Positions 34,982 through 44,326 of a DNA stretch of 64,000 nt are shown piece after piece. Source of the DNA: a virus. A model generated the notes under the pieces. The model searched no databases. It had not been told where the DNA came from and saw nothing but the letters and a program-made list of their open reading frames with translations. The stretch spans positions 40,536 to 104,535 of the IMG/VR virus record IMGVR_UViG_3300020048_003650. One strand, 5' to 3'. The position numbers were made by a program, and so were the translations under genes. Each line of letters opens with the position of its first letter. The first letter of the stretch is position 1.

Positions 34982-36000
34982 ATTCATTACTAAACTACAT
35001 TGGTCACAAGTCAAAAAATATGAATAATTTTTACGTTCTAAAACGTGATGTGCTATCAATGAACAAGATCAATGAACTAGTTGACCTTGTTTATATCGAT
35101 CCTCCATTTAATTTGAGTCGAAGATTTGAAATGGAAGGTGGTAGCGGATTTGATGATTATTGGAAAAATGATGATGAATACTTAGATTGGTATGCGTCTA
35201 TTATCACTGGATGTTATAATGTCCTGGGTAAGAACGGGACCATCTATTGTCATAATAACTTTATAAATAACGCATTGGTTCTTTCGAGAGTGTCGGAAAA
35301 AATTAGAAAATCATTCGATACCAATATTTCTTGGAAACGTAGTCACCCTCACAATAACATCAAAAATGGTTGGGGTAATATTACAGACAGTATTATTGTT
35401 TTTAAAAAGGGAAAACCATATTTTCAGCCAGAATACACTGAGTTAAATGAGAACTACAAAACTGGTAGTTTTAATAACTGTGATAGTCGCGGAAACTATA
35501 GTTTGAGTCCTATTACAGGAGAGAAATCACGATTGGGTCATATGTACACGTTTAATGGATACACACCCACTTATGGTTGGCGTAAGACTCTCGAGGATGT
35601 TCAAATTCTACACGAACAAAATATGATTCATTATGGAGATAATAAACCATATATGAAAAAATATTTAAACGAAAGTAAGGGTGTGCCAGTTCAAAATTTT
35701 TGGAACGATATACATCCTATCACCAGAAGTGAGAAGAATAAGCGTGAGTACCCAACACAAAAACCAACATTGTTACTGGAGCGTATTATCAGAGCTAGTT
35801 GCCCTGTAAATGGTTTGGTTTTTGACCCGTTCTGTGGTAGCGGAACTACAATGATGGCCACAGTTAATGTTGGAAATAGACGTTGTATCACAAGCGATCT
35901 AAATGATGAAGCTCTACAATTATGTAAAAATTCTCTACAACAACTATTAATATTCCCCGATATTGACGGAGAAAATATTTGGCCTACGTCCCAGTTATGA
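34978..36000 (+). CDS. Beta-class N6/N4 DNA methyltransferase
   Basis: YIDPPF ... YPTQKP..LLERII..FDPFCGSGTT. Confidence 0.93.
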   Translation: MNSLLNYIGHKSKNMNNFYVLKRDVLSMNKINELVDLVYIDPPFNLSRRFEMEGGSGFDDYWKNDDEYLDWYASIITGCYNVLGKNGTIYCHNNFINNALVLSRVSEKIRKSFDTNISWKRSHPHNNIKNGWGNITDSIIVFKKGKPYFQPEYTELNENYKTGSFNNCDSRGNYSLSPITGEKSRLGHMYTFNGYTPTYGWRKTLEDVQILHEQNMIHYGDNKPYMKKYLNESKGVPVQNFWNDIHPITRSEKNKREYPTQKPTLLLERIIRASCPVNGLVFDPFCGSGTTMMATVNVGNRRCITSDLNDEALQLCKNSLQQLLIFPDIDGENIWPTSQL

Positions 36001-36071
36001 TACTGATAAAAATAATTTATTTTTCTTTGAAAACACTTGACAGTATTAACAGACTATAGTATAATATCTGA

Positions 36072-36890
36072 ATGAGATTTGATGTAATAGCCGGAAATCC
36101 TCCATTTAATATTTCTAGTGATAGCGAAAACACTATTGCTGGAACCAGTGGCAATACTACACTTTACAAAAAGTTTATTGACATTAGTTTATCATTATCA
36201 GACACTGTGGCTATGGTGGTTCAACGTAATGGAGTCAGATATGCCGACAAAAAATCAGGCGGTGTGAGTAAATATTGTCTTGACACTACTCAGCACTGGA
36301 ATTTTAACACTGGGTGGTTTATCACTAATAAGTCAGACACATCAGTAGAGAACTGTTCTAAGAATCAGATTATCAAAAAAATATATTTATTAGAACAACA
36401 GTGGAATTACTCGGCCCCACTCAGCGGAAGTTATTCTAAGAATATCGATAAGAAGTTTTGGCTAAAATCCAATGGTCAAGATGTTTATGGAATAGTTGAC
36501 ACTCCAACGAAGGATTTCGACGAATGTCGATACGGATATTTTGAATCACCGTATCGTAGTGGTTCACAACTGATATTCAAGGGATTGGAAAGTATCAACA
36601 GTTATGTGGTGACTGATGAGTTTACCAAGGCAGGCAGTACGGCTGTATTGTTTTTTGACACAATTGAACAGGCTCATTTGGCAAAGAAATTTATTCTTAA
36701 CAATCTTGTGATTAAATATTTAAAATCAATAATTCATGAAAAGACACTGGGTATGGTATTTAGATATCTACGAAAGTTTGATTTGAATCAAATAAAGACT
36801 GGTTATGAATATCCCGTGGAATGGAATCTAAGTGAACAAGACATTGAAAAAATAGAAAACAATCAATCAAAGTTATCCAAAATTACTTGA
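36072..36890 (+). CDS. Stand-alone catalytic + TRD half of a gamma-class MTase
   Basis: Begins MRFDVIAGNPPF, LYKKFI; no SAM-binding motif; promoter 36037-36065. Confidence 0.8.
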   Translation: MRFDVIAGNPPFNISSDSENTIAGTSGNTTLYKKFIDISLSLSDTVAMVVQRNGVRYADKKSGGVSKYCLDTTQHWNFNTGWFITNKSDTSVENCSKNQIIKKIYLLEQQWNYSAPLSGSYSKNIDKKFWLKSNGQDVYGIVDTPTKDFDECRYGYFESPYRSGSQLIFKGLESINSYVVTDEFTKAGSTAVLFFDTIEQAHLAKKFILNNLVIKYLKSIIHEKTLGMVFRYLRKFDLNQIKTGYEYPVEWNLSEQDIEKIENNQSKLSKIT

Positions 36891-37005
36891 CACCGATCAA
36901 CTATCATAGTACAATGTCTGTGCGAACGGACTTAAATATGACTACAGTTTTGGCGAATTGCCAGAATCAGAGATCATTGGAAATGGTCTGTTTGAAATCG
37001 GATAA
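36887..37005 (+). pseudogene. Deletion remnant of a second SAM-half gene (promoter + last 29 codons)
   Basis: TTGACACCGATCAACTAT matches 34416; VCANGLKYDYSFGELPESEIIGNGLFEIG* matches the end of 34451..34981. Confidence 0.85.
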
Positions 37006-37059
37006 TCCTAGTTTTACTTAGATAAATACTCTATCTTTACTGGATTAATCGAGGTCAAA

Positions 37060-38529
37060 ATGAAAATAACAGAAGTTATACAAGAGTCGGAATCAAAATT
37101 AAAATCAAGAGTTAAAAGAGCGATTGATAAACTAGATGATTCTGATGCGGAACAGATTCAGACTCTAAATCACGTAAAAAATGTTATTTATGACAGTGTA
37201 TTGCAAAAAACATTTAATGAAAGTGACATCCAGTCTAGATGTCGTCCTATTGCGTACGAATGGTTCAAGGCTGCGTTAGAACGGATCGGTGTTCCTCTCG
37301 AAGATAAGGTATATCTGATAAAATTGATGGGAGACGAAAGATATTTAATTCCTGAAGAAATATATCAGAAAAATACCAATGGCAACTTGTTAAATCACGT
37401 AAGCGACAAGATAAGAACAAACTCGGCGTTCAAGGAATTGGCTAGCCCGTTGTGGAAATATAAAATAGGTGGCCAGGGCGGAATGGGACCTGGTGAGTTG
37501 TTTATGTCGCTTTTTTCAAAAAACGGCAAGGAAGGAGAAGGCAAAAAAGGAGGAGATGTCACAGTCGGAAGTTGGAAAATAGAACTGAAGCAGGGAGGAG
37601 TCGTTCCGCCCGGTGACACCAAAAATACAGGATTAGTTGATAAGTTAAACAAAAATCTATTGGATATTGCAAAAAAAGAAAACTTTTTAGATAGATTAGA
37701 TTTAAAATCGTCTGCTGGAAAAGATAATCCCAACAATTTAAGTTCTGGATGGATTCCTCAGTTTTTTAAAACATACACTGAACTTCACGATGAGTCATCA
37801 TCTAAAAAAATACTTACTAAATATCTAACGGATTTGTATGGAAGTTCGGCACGTGCATATGCCGATTTGACTTTTGATAACTTAGGTAAACCCGGAGCAG
37901 AAAGAGTATTAGCTCCGATGATTTTAGATATGTATAAGGATTCCCACGAGTGGGATAGTATTTGTTTTGTTGATGAAAACTTTAAATTCATTAACCTGGT
38001 TACCTTTGAAAATATACCAAATGATCTTAAGTTTTCACTGAAACTGAAAAGAGGAGGAGATACTAATGCTGTTGCCGACGGTTACATGGTTGTCGGTTTT
38101 AATAATGACAAAAAACAATCTTCAACTAAGAATAACAAAAAAATAGACAATAAATCAACTATACAAACATCTAAGAAAAATGACGGTGATGTAAAAAACA
38201 AAAACATACCATCTGACAATAAAAAGATTCAACCTCCAGTTCCAGAAAAAACCGCCAAACAACAGGCAAAAGATCAGGTCAGAGATTCTAAAATTAATGA
38301 TATGATCAATCTTATCAAAACTGAACCTTCAAAACCATTATCGGTTGCGATTAAGAAAACTATTGGTATGAATCCTACCATAAATCAACTTGAAATAATA
38401 GGTGATGTTATTGATGACATGGAATCCGGAGTCTCTGTCGATCAAATTATCGCCGACCGGTCCGGACCAGAAAATTTTTATGAATCATCAATGCAGTTAA
38501 TGGGAATAAAACGTCTACTCCAATTTTAA
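37060..38529 (+). CDS. Putative PD-(D/E)xK endonuclease, late, with capsid-targeting-like N-terminus
   Basis: GPGELF...GGDV..WKIELK; MKITEVIQE start; GATAAATA at 37021. Confidence 0.6.
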   Translation: MKITEVIQESESKLKSRVKRAIDKLDDSDAEQIQTLNHVKNVIYDSVLQKTFNESDIQSRCRPIAYEWFKAALERIGVPLEDKVYLIKLMGDERYLIPEEIYQKNTNGNLLNHVSDKIRTNSAFKELASPLWKYKIGGQGGMGPGELFMSLFSKNGKEGEGKKGGDVTVGSWKIELKQGGVVPPGDTKNTGLVDKLNKNLLDIAKKENFLDRLDLKSSAGKDNPNNLSSGWIPQFFKTYTELHDESSSKKILTKYLTDLYGSSARAYADLTFDNLGKPGAERVLAPMILDMYKDSHEWDSICFVDENFKFINLVTFENIPNDLKFSLKLKRGGDTNAVADGYMVVGFNNDKKQSSTKNNKKIDNKSTIQTSKKNDGDVKNKNIPSDNKKIQPPVPEKTAKQQAKDQVRDSKINDMINLIKTEPSKPLSVAIKKTIGMNPTINQLEIIGDVIDDMESGVSVDQIIADRSGPENFYESSMQLMGIKRLLQF

Positions 38530-38593
38530 AATATCTGACTATTTTGGATAATATTATCTTGACTTTCATGTGCCTATAACATATAATAGATAC

Positions 38594-39526
38594 ATGTCAA
38601 AATATAAAAAACCTCTGTTTATGTGGGCCGGCGGCAAAACTAAAATGATCAAGTTTTATGATCAGAGTCGAATAATGCCAACTACAGTCAACCGATACAT
38701 TGAACCATTCTTTGGTGGCGGAGCAATGTACATCGAAGTGATGGAAAGATTTAATCCAAAGATATCAATTATCAACGATATAAATTCCAGTATAGTTAAA
38801 ATTTATCAATCTATCAAAACTGATTATGATAATTTTATTATTCATCTGGATCGATTATGTGTTAAATATCTAGCCATGAACACCGTTGATCGTAAAACGT
38901 TTTATTACGAGGTTAGAAATTTACACGCGTATCATTATCAAAATTGGAGTAGTACTCAAGAATCCGCTACTCTTTACTTTTTGATGAAAACTGGATTCAA
39001 CGGAATATGGCAATGTAATCAAAATACAAATGGTAGATTTGGAACACCTAGTGGCCTATTGAATCAGAAAGACAGAGTCTATGATGTGGACGTAATCAAA
39101 TATTGGAATAATATTCTTCAATCATCCATTATTTTAAATCAAGATTGCAAATCTGTTTTATCACAATATCCAGACGTAGACGATAGTTTTTATTTTTTAG
39201 ACCCTCCATATAGAGGGAGTTTTACTCATTACAGTCAAACTTTCACAGATCAAGACCAAACAGATTTGTTAACCTTCGCCAAATCTGTCTCGTCTAATAG
39301 TAGGATATTATTGTGTAATGATGACGTTGGAGATAATTTTTTTCAGAATCAAATAGGTTCTCTTCAAATAGAGTCATACAATCTAAAACATACAGCGGGC
39401 CGTAGAAAAAAAACTGATGATGGATTTATCGCAAAGTCGGTAACGGAAATAGTCATTCATAACTCATCGAACATAAAATCCACATCGGAATCTTTTGGAA
39501 ACGACCTATTCGAAATCGGCGCATGA
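38594..39526 (+). CDS. dam: Dam-family (alpha-class) adenine methyltransferase
   Basis: FMWAGGK, YIEPFFGGGA, INDIN, FNG, FLDPPY. Confidence 0.92.
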   Translation: MSKYKKPLFMWAGGKTKMIKFYDQSRIMPTTVNRYIEPFFGGGAMYIEVMERFNPKISIINDINSSIVKIYQSIKTDYDNFIIHLDRLCVKYLAMNTVDRKTFYYEVRNLHAYHYQNWSSTQESATLYFLMKTGFNGIWQCNQNTNGRFGTPSGLLNQKDRVYDVDVIKYWNNILQSSIILNQDCKSVLSQYPDVDDSFYFLDPPYRGSFTHYSQTFTDQDQTDLLTFAKSVSSNSRILLCNDDVGDNFFQNQIGSLQIESYNLKHTAGRRKKTDDGFIAKSVTEIVIHNSSNIKSTSESFGNDLFEIGA

Positions 39527-39560
39527 ATTCATTACTGAACTACATTGGTCATAAATCAAA

Positions 39561-40466
39561 ATGAAACATGATTACAGATTAGGCGATTGTTTTGAACATC
39601 TCGCCTCTATACAGGACAACTCGGTCGATCTATGTCTAACCGACCCGCCATACTTTATAGATGGATTGGGCGATGAATGGGACACTGATAAAATTAAAGC
39701 CAGTATTTCGACCAACGCCACGTCTACCATCAAGTCCTTGCCAGTTGGTATGAAGTTTGACCCATCTCAAGGTCCACGTTTTCAAGAATTCATGGAACGA
39801 GTCTCCACGGAAGTATTTAGAGTTCTTAAACCTGGCGGATTTTATGTTGCTTTCAGTCAAGCGAGACTGTATCATCGACTGGGCATTGCCGTTGAAAATT
39901 GCGGATTTGAAATTAGAGACATGTTAGGCTGGACTTATCAGGGACAAGCCAAAGCATTTAGTCAAGATCATATCATTCGTAAGCAAAAAAACTTAACCGA
40001 AGACGAAAAGACCTCACTGATAAAAGAGTTAGATGGCTGGAAAACTCCACAATTAAAACCCTGTATCGAACCGATGACTTTGGCACAAAAACCCATAGAG
40101 GGTAAGTTTATCGATAATTGGCAAAAGTGGGGTGTGGGGTTAATTAACACTAATCAGCGTTGGGACGACAGTTTTCCTGGAAATATTATCGGGTGTAATA
40201 AGCCCACCAAAAAAGAAAAGGGAGATTACAATAATCATGTGAGTGTTAAGCCTCTAGAGTTATGTGAGCATTTAATAAAACTTTTAACCAGAGAAAACGC
40301 CATCGTTCTGGATCCATTTTTAGGTTCAGGTACTACGCTAATAGCCGCTGAAAATACTCAACGCAGATGTATTGGATTTGAATTATCATCTGAGTACTTT
40401 GATATTATACAACGTAGGCTAAGTACGGCGACCCATTATAATAAAATTTTAGGATTTGATAGTTGA
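39561..40466 (+). CDS. Beta-class DNA methyltransferase
   Basis: LTDPPY, RVLKPGG, HVSVKP, LDPFLGSGTT. Confidence 0.93.
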   Translation: MKHDYRLGDCFEHLASIQDNSVDLCLTDPPYFIDGLGDEWDTDKIKASISTNATSTIKSLPVGMKFDPSQGPRFQEFMERVSTEVFRVLKPGGFYVAFSQARLYHRLGIAVENCGFEIRDMLGWTYQGQAKAFSQDHIIRKQKNLTEDEKTSLIKELDGWKTPQLKPCIEPMTLAQKPIEGKFIDNWQKWGVGLINTNQRWDDSFPGNIIGCNKPTKKEKGDYNNHVSVKPLELCEHLIKLLTRENAIVLDPFLGSGTTLIAAENTQRRCIGFELSSEYFDIIQRRLSTATHYNKILGFDS

Positions 40467-40670
40467 ATGAACTCACTTCTCAACTACATTGGTCACAAGT
40501 CAAAAATCGTCAACCAAATCAAGATGTATTTGCCTGAGACTGTTATTGAACTGGCTAAAAAATATCGAAAATGGGCAAGCGCTGGCAACAAAACCGTAGA
40601 GCGTGGCTCTAAAATCAATCGAGAAGTCTTAGTACTATCATATCGGTCGCCAATAATTCAAATCGTTTAA
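40467..40670 (+). pseudogene. Internally deleted Dam-like MTase remnant
   Basis: Dam-like start LNYIGHKSKIVNQIKMYLP joined directly to a Dam-like end REVLVLSY. Confidence 0.7.
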
Positions 40671-40734
40671 TACCAATTACACTTGACAATAAATCACAAC
40701 TATGATACAATGTAGTTATTGTGAGGTAAATTCT

Positions 40735-40941
40735 ATGTTAAAAAATAAAGTATCTATTAGTATTCGTGAACTTGAAGTCATCAATAAAATTGTAGAGGAA
40801 AACACAATTACTGATTCTATTGATTTAGTTATCAGGGATGGCAGCGGCGTTGGCTATACATTAGATTTGGAATTTGAAACCGTTCTAAATGATAGAACAG
40901 TAACAGTTAGAATTCCGGTAACTACCATCAACGACTGGTAA
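40735..40941 (+). CDS. Hypothetical protein
   Basis: GAGG RBS; promoter at 40683. Confidence 0.65.
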   Translation: MLKNKVSISIRELEVINKIVEENTITDSIDLVIRDGSGVGYTLDLEFETVLNDRTVTVRIPVTTINDW

Positions 40942-40955
40942 AATTAGGAAAAATT

Positions 40956-41867
40956 ATGCGTATTAAAGTTGTTTCCGATCTGCATCTTGAGTTTAGTGAT
41001 ATCCTTATCAACAACGACGAGGGCGCAGATGTTCTCATCTTGGGCGGTGATATCATGACTGCACAGGATCTGCACGATCACCCACCTATACTTGATACTC
41101 GCGAACAATGGTTGATTGCTAGTGGAACTGGACTGAGTAAACGTCAGCAATTGGCACAACGATATCGTGATTTTCTACAGCGTTGCAGTTCACAATTTCC
41201 CCATGTTATTTTCATTGCAGGAAATCATGAATTCTATCAAAGCAAGTTCTATGCTGCCATCGACTATCTACGTGATGAGTGTGCACGTTATCCTAATGTC
41301 CACTTTTTAGAGCGTGACACCAAAATAATTGACGGTGTTGTGTTTGTTGGCGGGACACTATGGACAGATATGAATCGCGGAGACCCACTGACTCAGCACG
41401 CTATTCGTGACATGATGAATGATTTTCGTATTATCAGAAACGATCATCGTGAATATGCTAGATTGACTCCACGGGATGCCATGGAACGACATATTCAAAC
41501 AAAGCAATACTTCAAACAGGTATTACAGAATCACCCTAACGACAGATGTGTTGTGGTCGGTCATCACGGTCCTACTTTTCAGAGCGTGCACGAACAATAT
41601 CAACATGATACCTTAATGAACGGCGGATATCACAGCGACTTAAGTGAATTTATTTTAGATCACCCACAAATCAAATTATGGACACTTGGTCATACTCATC
41701 ACAGTCACTGGTATTATGTAGGTGATACACTGGTAGTGTGTAATCCTCGTGGTTACCAAACTGATGGTTATGTGGAGCATACTGGTTTTCAATCAAATTT
41801 TGTGGTGGATTTAGACAATATGCCAGATCCTACATACGTCAGTGATCATTACGATGGCCACCCATAA
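40956..41867 (+). CDS. Calcineurin-like metallophosphoesterase
   Basis: SDLHLE, GGDI, AGNHEFY, GHH, GHTH, CNPRGY. Confidence 0.92.
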   Translation: MRIKVVSDLHLEFSDILINNDEGADVLILGGDIMTAQDLHDHPPILDTREQWLIASGTGLSKRQQLAQRYRDFLQRCSSQFPHVIFIAGNHEFYQSKFYAAIDYLRDECARYPNVHFLERDTKIIDGVVFVGGTLWTDMNRGDPLTQHAIRDMMNDFRIIRNDHREYARLTPRDAMERHIQTKQYFKQVLQNHPNDRCVVVGHHGPTFQSVHEQYQHDTLMNGGYHSDLSEFILDHPQIKLWTLGHTHHSHWYYVGDTLVVCNPRGYQTDGYVEHTGFQSNFVVDLDNMPDPTYVSDHYDGHP

Positions 41868-41873
41868 CAACGA

Positions 41874-41907
41874 TTTTGGATACATGATGTACATTGTGTA
41901 TCCAAAA
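41874..41907. terminator. Inverted repeat (terminator or operator)
   Basis: TTTTGGATACA...TGTATCCAAAA just upstream of TTGACT. Confidence 0.55.
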
Positions 41908-41993
41908 CATATTGACTAATATCACTGTATATGTTAATATGTCTTTACACTGAAATAACAGTGAAACTTAACTTAACTTTAAAGGAAATAAAG

Positions 41994-42257
41994 ATGAAAA
42001 CAGTATCTAAACAAGCACGTTTGACAGAAGCATTTTTGGCAGGTCAAGAGTTGACAGTTGGTCAGATTAAGAGCCGTTACGGTATCGCTAATCCAACAGC
42101 TACAATCTCCGAGATCCGTTTCGCTGGCTATGCTATCTACGCTAACAAGCGTAAGAACAGCGTTGGCGAAGTTCACACCAAGTATCGCTTGGGCACACCA
42201 ACACGTAAAGTTGTTGCTGCTGGCTACCGTGCATTAGCAATGGGCCTGGTCGCCTAA
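41994..42257 (+). CDS. Winged-HTH-like small basic protein
   Basis: GQELTVGQIKSRYGIANPTATISEIR..KYRLGTP. Confidence 0.7.
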   Translation: MKTVSKQARLTEAFLAGQELTVGQIKSRYGIANPTATISEIRFAGYAIYANKRKNSVGEVHTKYRLGTPTRKVVAAGYRALAMGLVA

Positions 42258-42364
42258 TAGTCAACACCACCGAAATTTCATCGGTGTCTACTAGAGATTT
42301 TGACTACAGTAGTAAAACGGCACTACTATCTCGAAAGCCGTTGCTACTTAATTAGAGACTGACT

Positions 42365-42655
42365 ATGGAACAACAAACACACGAGGTTATGGCTATTCTA
42401 CAAGAAGAGTGTAGCGAAGTCACACAGGCAGTCAGTAAATGTTTTAGGTTTGGAATCGATGGTGAATACAATAATCGTACCAACAGACAGCGCTTAGAAG
42501 AAGAATTAGGCGATGTATTGGCAATGATTGATATCTTAAAATATCAGGGCGTGATTGATGGTGAAAAATTAGAGTTGTATAAAACTAATAAATTTGTCAA
42601 ATTAAAACGCTGGTCTACTATTGCAATTGATCCTATCGTGGAATCATTAAAATGA
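42365..42655 (+). CDS. MazG-like nucleotide pyrophosphohydrolase
   Basis: EECSEV..LEEELGDV. Confidence 0.8.
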   Translation: MEQQTHEVMAILQEECSEVTQAVSKCFRFGIDGEYNNRTNRQRLEEELGDVLAMIDILKYQGVIDGEKLELYKTNKFVKLKRWSTIAIDPIVESLK

Positions 42656-42975
42656 TGGAACTATTAGTACTATTTGTATTTGGATTCGTCGTTGCTGCGG
42701 GATCTTTTTATCTAGGTTGGAGACAACATGCTAAACACACTGATGATTTTCTAAATTATATTTTAGAAGAAATAACGGTAGAACTAGTATTAGAAAAGGA
42801 CAACGGTCAATATTTCTTATATAAAGAAGATGACGGACAATTTGTTTGTCAATCAGAAACTATTGAGGAGTTGGCAAAATTATTCACTGAACAAATGGGC
42901 TCTGAAAAAATTGGACGTGTTAGTGGCAATCAAACTTTTTCCATAGTTGACGGAAAAGTTGAATACGAAACATGA
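42652..42975 (+). CDS. Membrane-anchored hypothetical protein
   Basis: N-terminal TM helix. Confidence 0.65.
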   Translation: MMELLVLFVFGFVVAAGSFYLGWRQHAKHTDDFLNYILEEITVELVLEKDNGQYFLYKEDDGQFVCQSETIEELAKLFTEQMGSEKIGRVSGNQTFSIVDGKVEYET

Positions 42976-43223
42976 TAGGTGATATTTCTATTATGACTCA
43001 TCAAAATTATCTTGAAAATTCATCGGTGAAAAAAAATTACATCACCACGGAAGAATACGATAAATTCAAGAAACAATATTTGATAGATGTATTCAAGGGA
43101 TTGCGTTACGGTCAATCGTTCTGTAATTATTTTAACATACCAAATGGAACTCCGCTATACTACTTTAGTGATCACAATACCTGCGAAAATTGGATTATAG
43201 ATAATTACCTAGAGAAGAAATGA
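42972..43223 (+). CDS. Hypothetical protein
   Basis: LRYGQSFCNYF motif. Confidence 0.65.
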   Translation: MIGDISIMTHQNYLENSSVKKNYITTEEYDKFKKQYLIDVFKGLRYGQSFCNYFNIPNGTPLYYFSDHNTCENWIIDNYLEKK

Positions 43224-43684
43224 AAGACAAATTTGTTAATTACTATATGAAATTGGCAGACTTAACCAGTGATCTAAGTTCAGCAATAAAACTTAAAGTG
43301 GGCAGCGTTATCGTTCGTGATAATCAGATTCTAGCAACAGGATACAACGGCACTCCAAGTGGCTGGGATAATAGATGTGAAGACGAAATTGTGGATAGTT
43401 ACGCAGGATTCGAAGGTGCTATCCATGGGGTCAAATTAAAAACCAGACCCGAGGTAATTCATAGTGAGTCAAACGCTATCTTAAAGGTTGCCAGGAGCAC
43501 AGAATCCAGCGTCAATGCTACTATGTTCTGTACACACGCACCGTGTATTGATTGTGCAAAATTAATATATCAAAGCGGAATAAATACACTGTATTACAGA
43601 AATACCTATAGAAGTCAAGAGGGTCTAGAATTCTTGAAAAAGAGCGGGGTCAATGTCCACAGATACAGTCAAGAGAACAGTTGA
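43220..43684 (+). CDS. dCMP deaminase
   Basis: KVGSVIV, GYNGTP, HSESNAI, THAPCIDC. Confidence 0.93.
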   Translation: MKDKFVNYYMKLADLTSDLSSAIKLKVGSVIVRDNQILATGYNGTPSGWDNRCEDEIVDSYAGFEGAIHGVKLKTRPEVIHSESNAILKVARSTESSVNATMFCTHAPCIDCAKLIYQSGINTLYYRNTYRSQEGLEFLKKSGVNVHRYSQENS

Positions 43685-43856
43685 TCTGCCATTTAAGTAC
43701 GGAAAGATACAATCAGTTTTAGACTGGTGTGATGAAAATTGTTTAGGAAACTGGAAACTTGGTGCTGCTAGTTGGGAAGTGTCAAATGAACCGTCGTGGA
43801 CTTTTGATTTTGAAAATGAAACTGATTATGTTTTGTTTATGTTAACATGGAAATGA
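43653..43856 (+). CDS. FxL[KR]W-family small protein (dispersed copy)
   Basis: DWCDENCLG.W..FDFENETDYVLFMLTWK. Confidence 0.75.
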   Translation: MSTDTVKRTVDLPFKYGKIQSVLDWCDENCLGNWKLGAASWEVSNEPSWTFDFENETDYVLFMLTWK

Positions 43857-44299
43857 TGTACTTAATTACACATATTTTTTACTTTTTATTATGGACACTG
43901 TGTTTGTACATTATACACAGAATTGTTCATGTAATCAAATATTTTAAAACATTTCATTACGATCATCATGTTTATATATTAAAAAATAAAACAGGATGGC
44001 GGTGGAATAATCTACTATTGTTTAGCGATACTTGGCGTAGCACGGTAGATTTATGGACCACCGAGGTGATTCCAACTGTACTATTTTCGTTAATCACAGG
44101 ACAATGGTGGATTTCGTTTTTTTACTATTTGTGGGCAGCCTTTCTTCAAGAAAACTTAGAGCACAATTGTAATATCAATTATTATCCGTTTACCGCCGGT
44201 CGTTGGCATTTAAGACATCACGAACGACCAGATGTAAATTTTGGTTTGTTTTTTCCCATATGGGATAAATTATTTAAAACCGAACAGATTGTAAAATAA
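43847..44299 (+). CDS. Sterol desaturase / fatty acid hydroxylase family
   Basis: HRIVH, HYDHH and HLRHH boxes, NFGLFFPIWDKLFKT. Confidence 0.85.
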   Translation: MEMMYLITHIFYFLLWTLCLYIIHRIVHVIKYFKTFHYDHHVYILKNKTGWRWNNLLLFSDTWRSTVDLWTTEVIPTVLFSLITGQWWISFFYYLWAAFLQENLEHNCNINYYPFTAGRWHLRHHERPDVNFGLFFPIWDKLFKTEQIVK

Positions 44300-44326
44300 A
44301 TATCTACGACACTAAAGGAAAAATCT

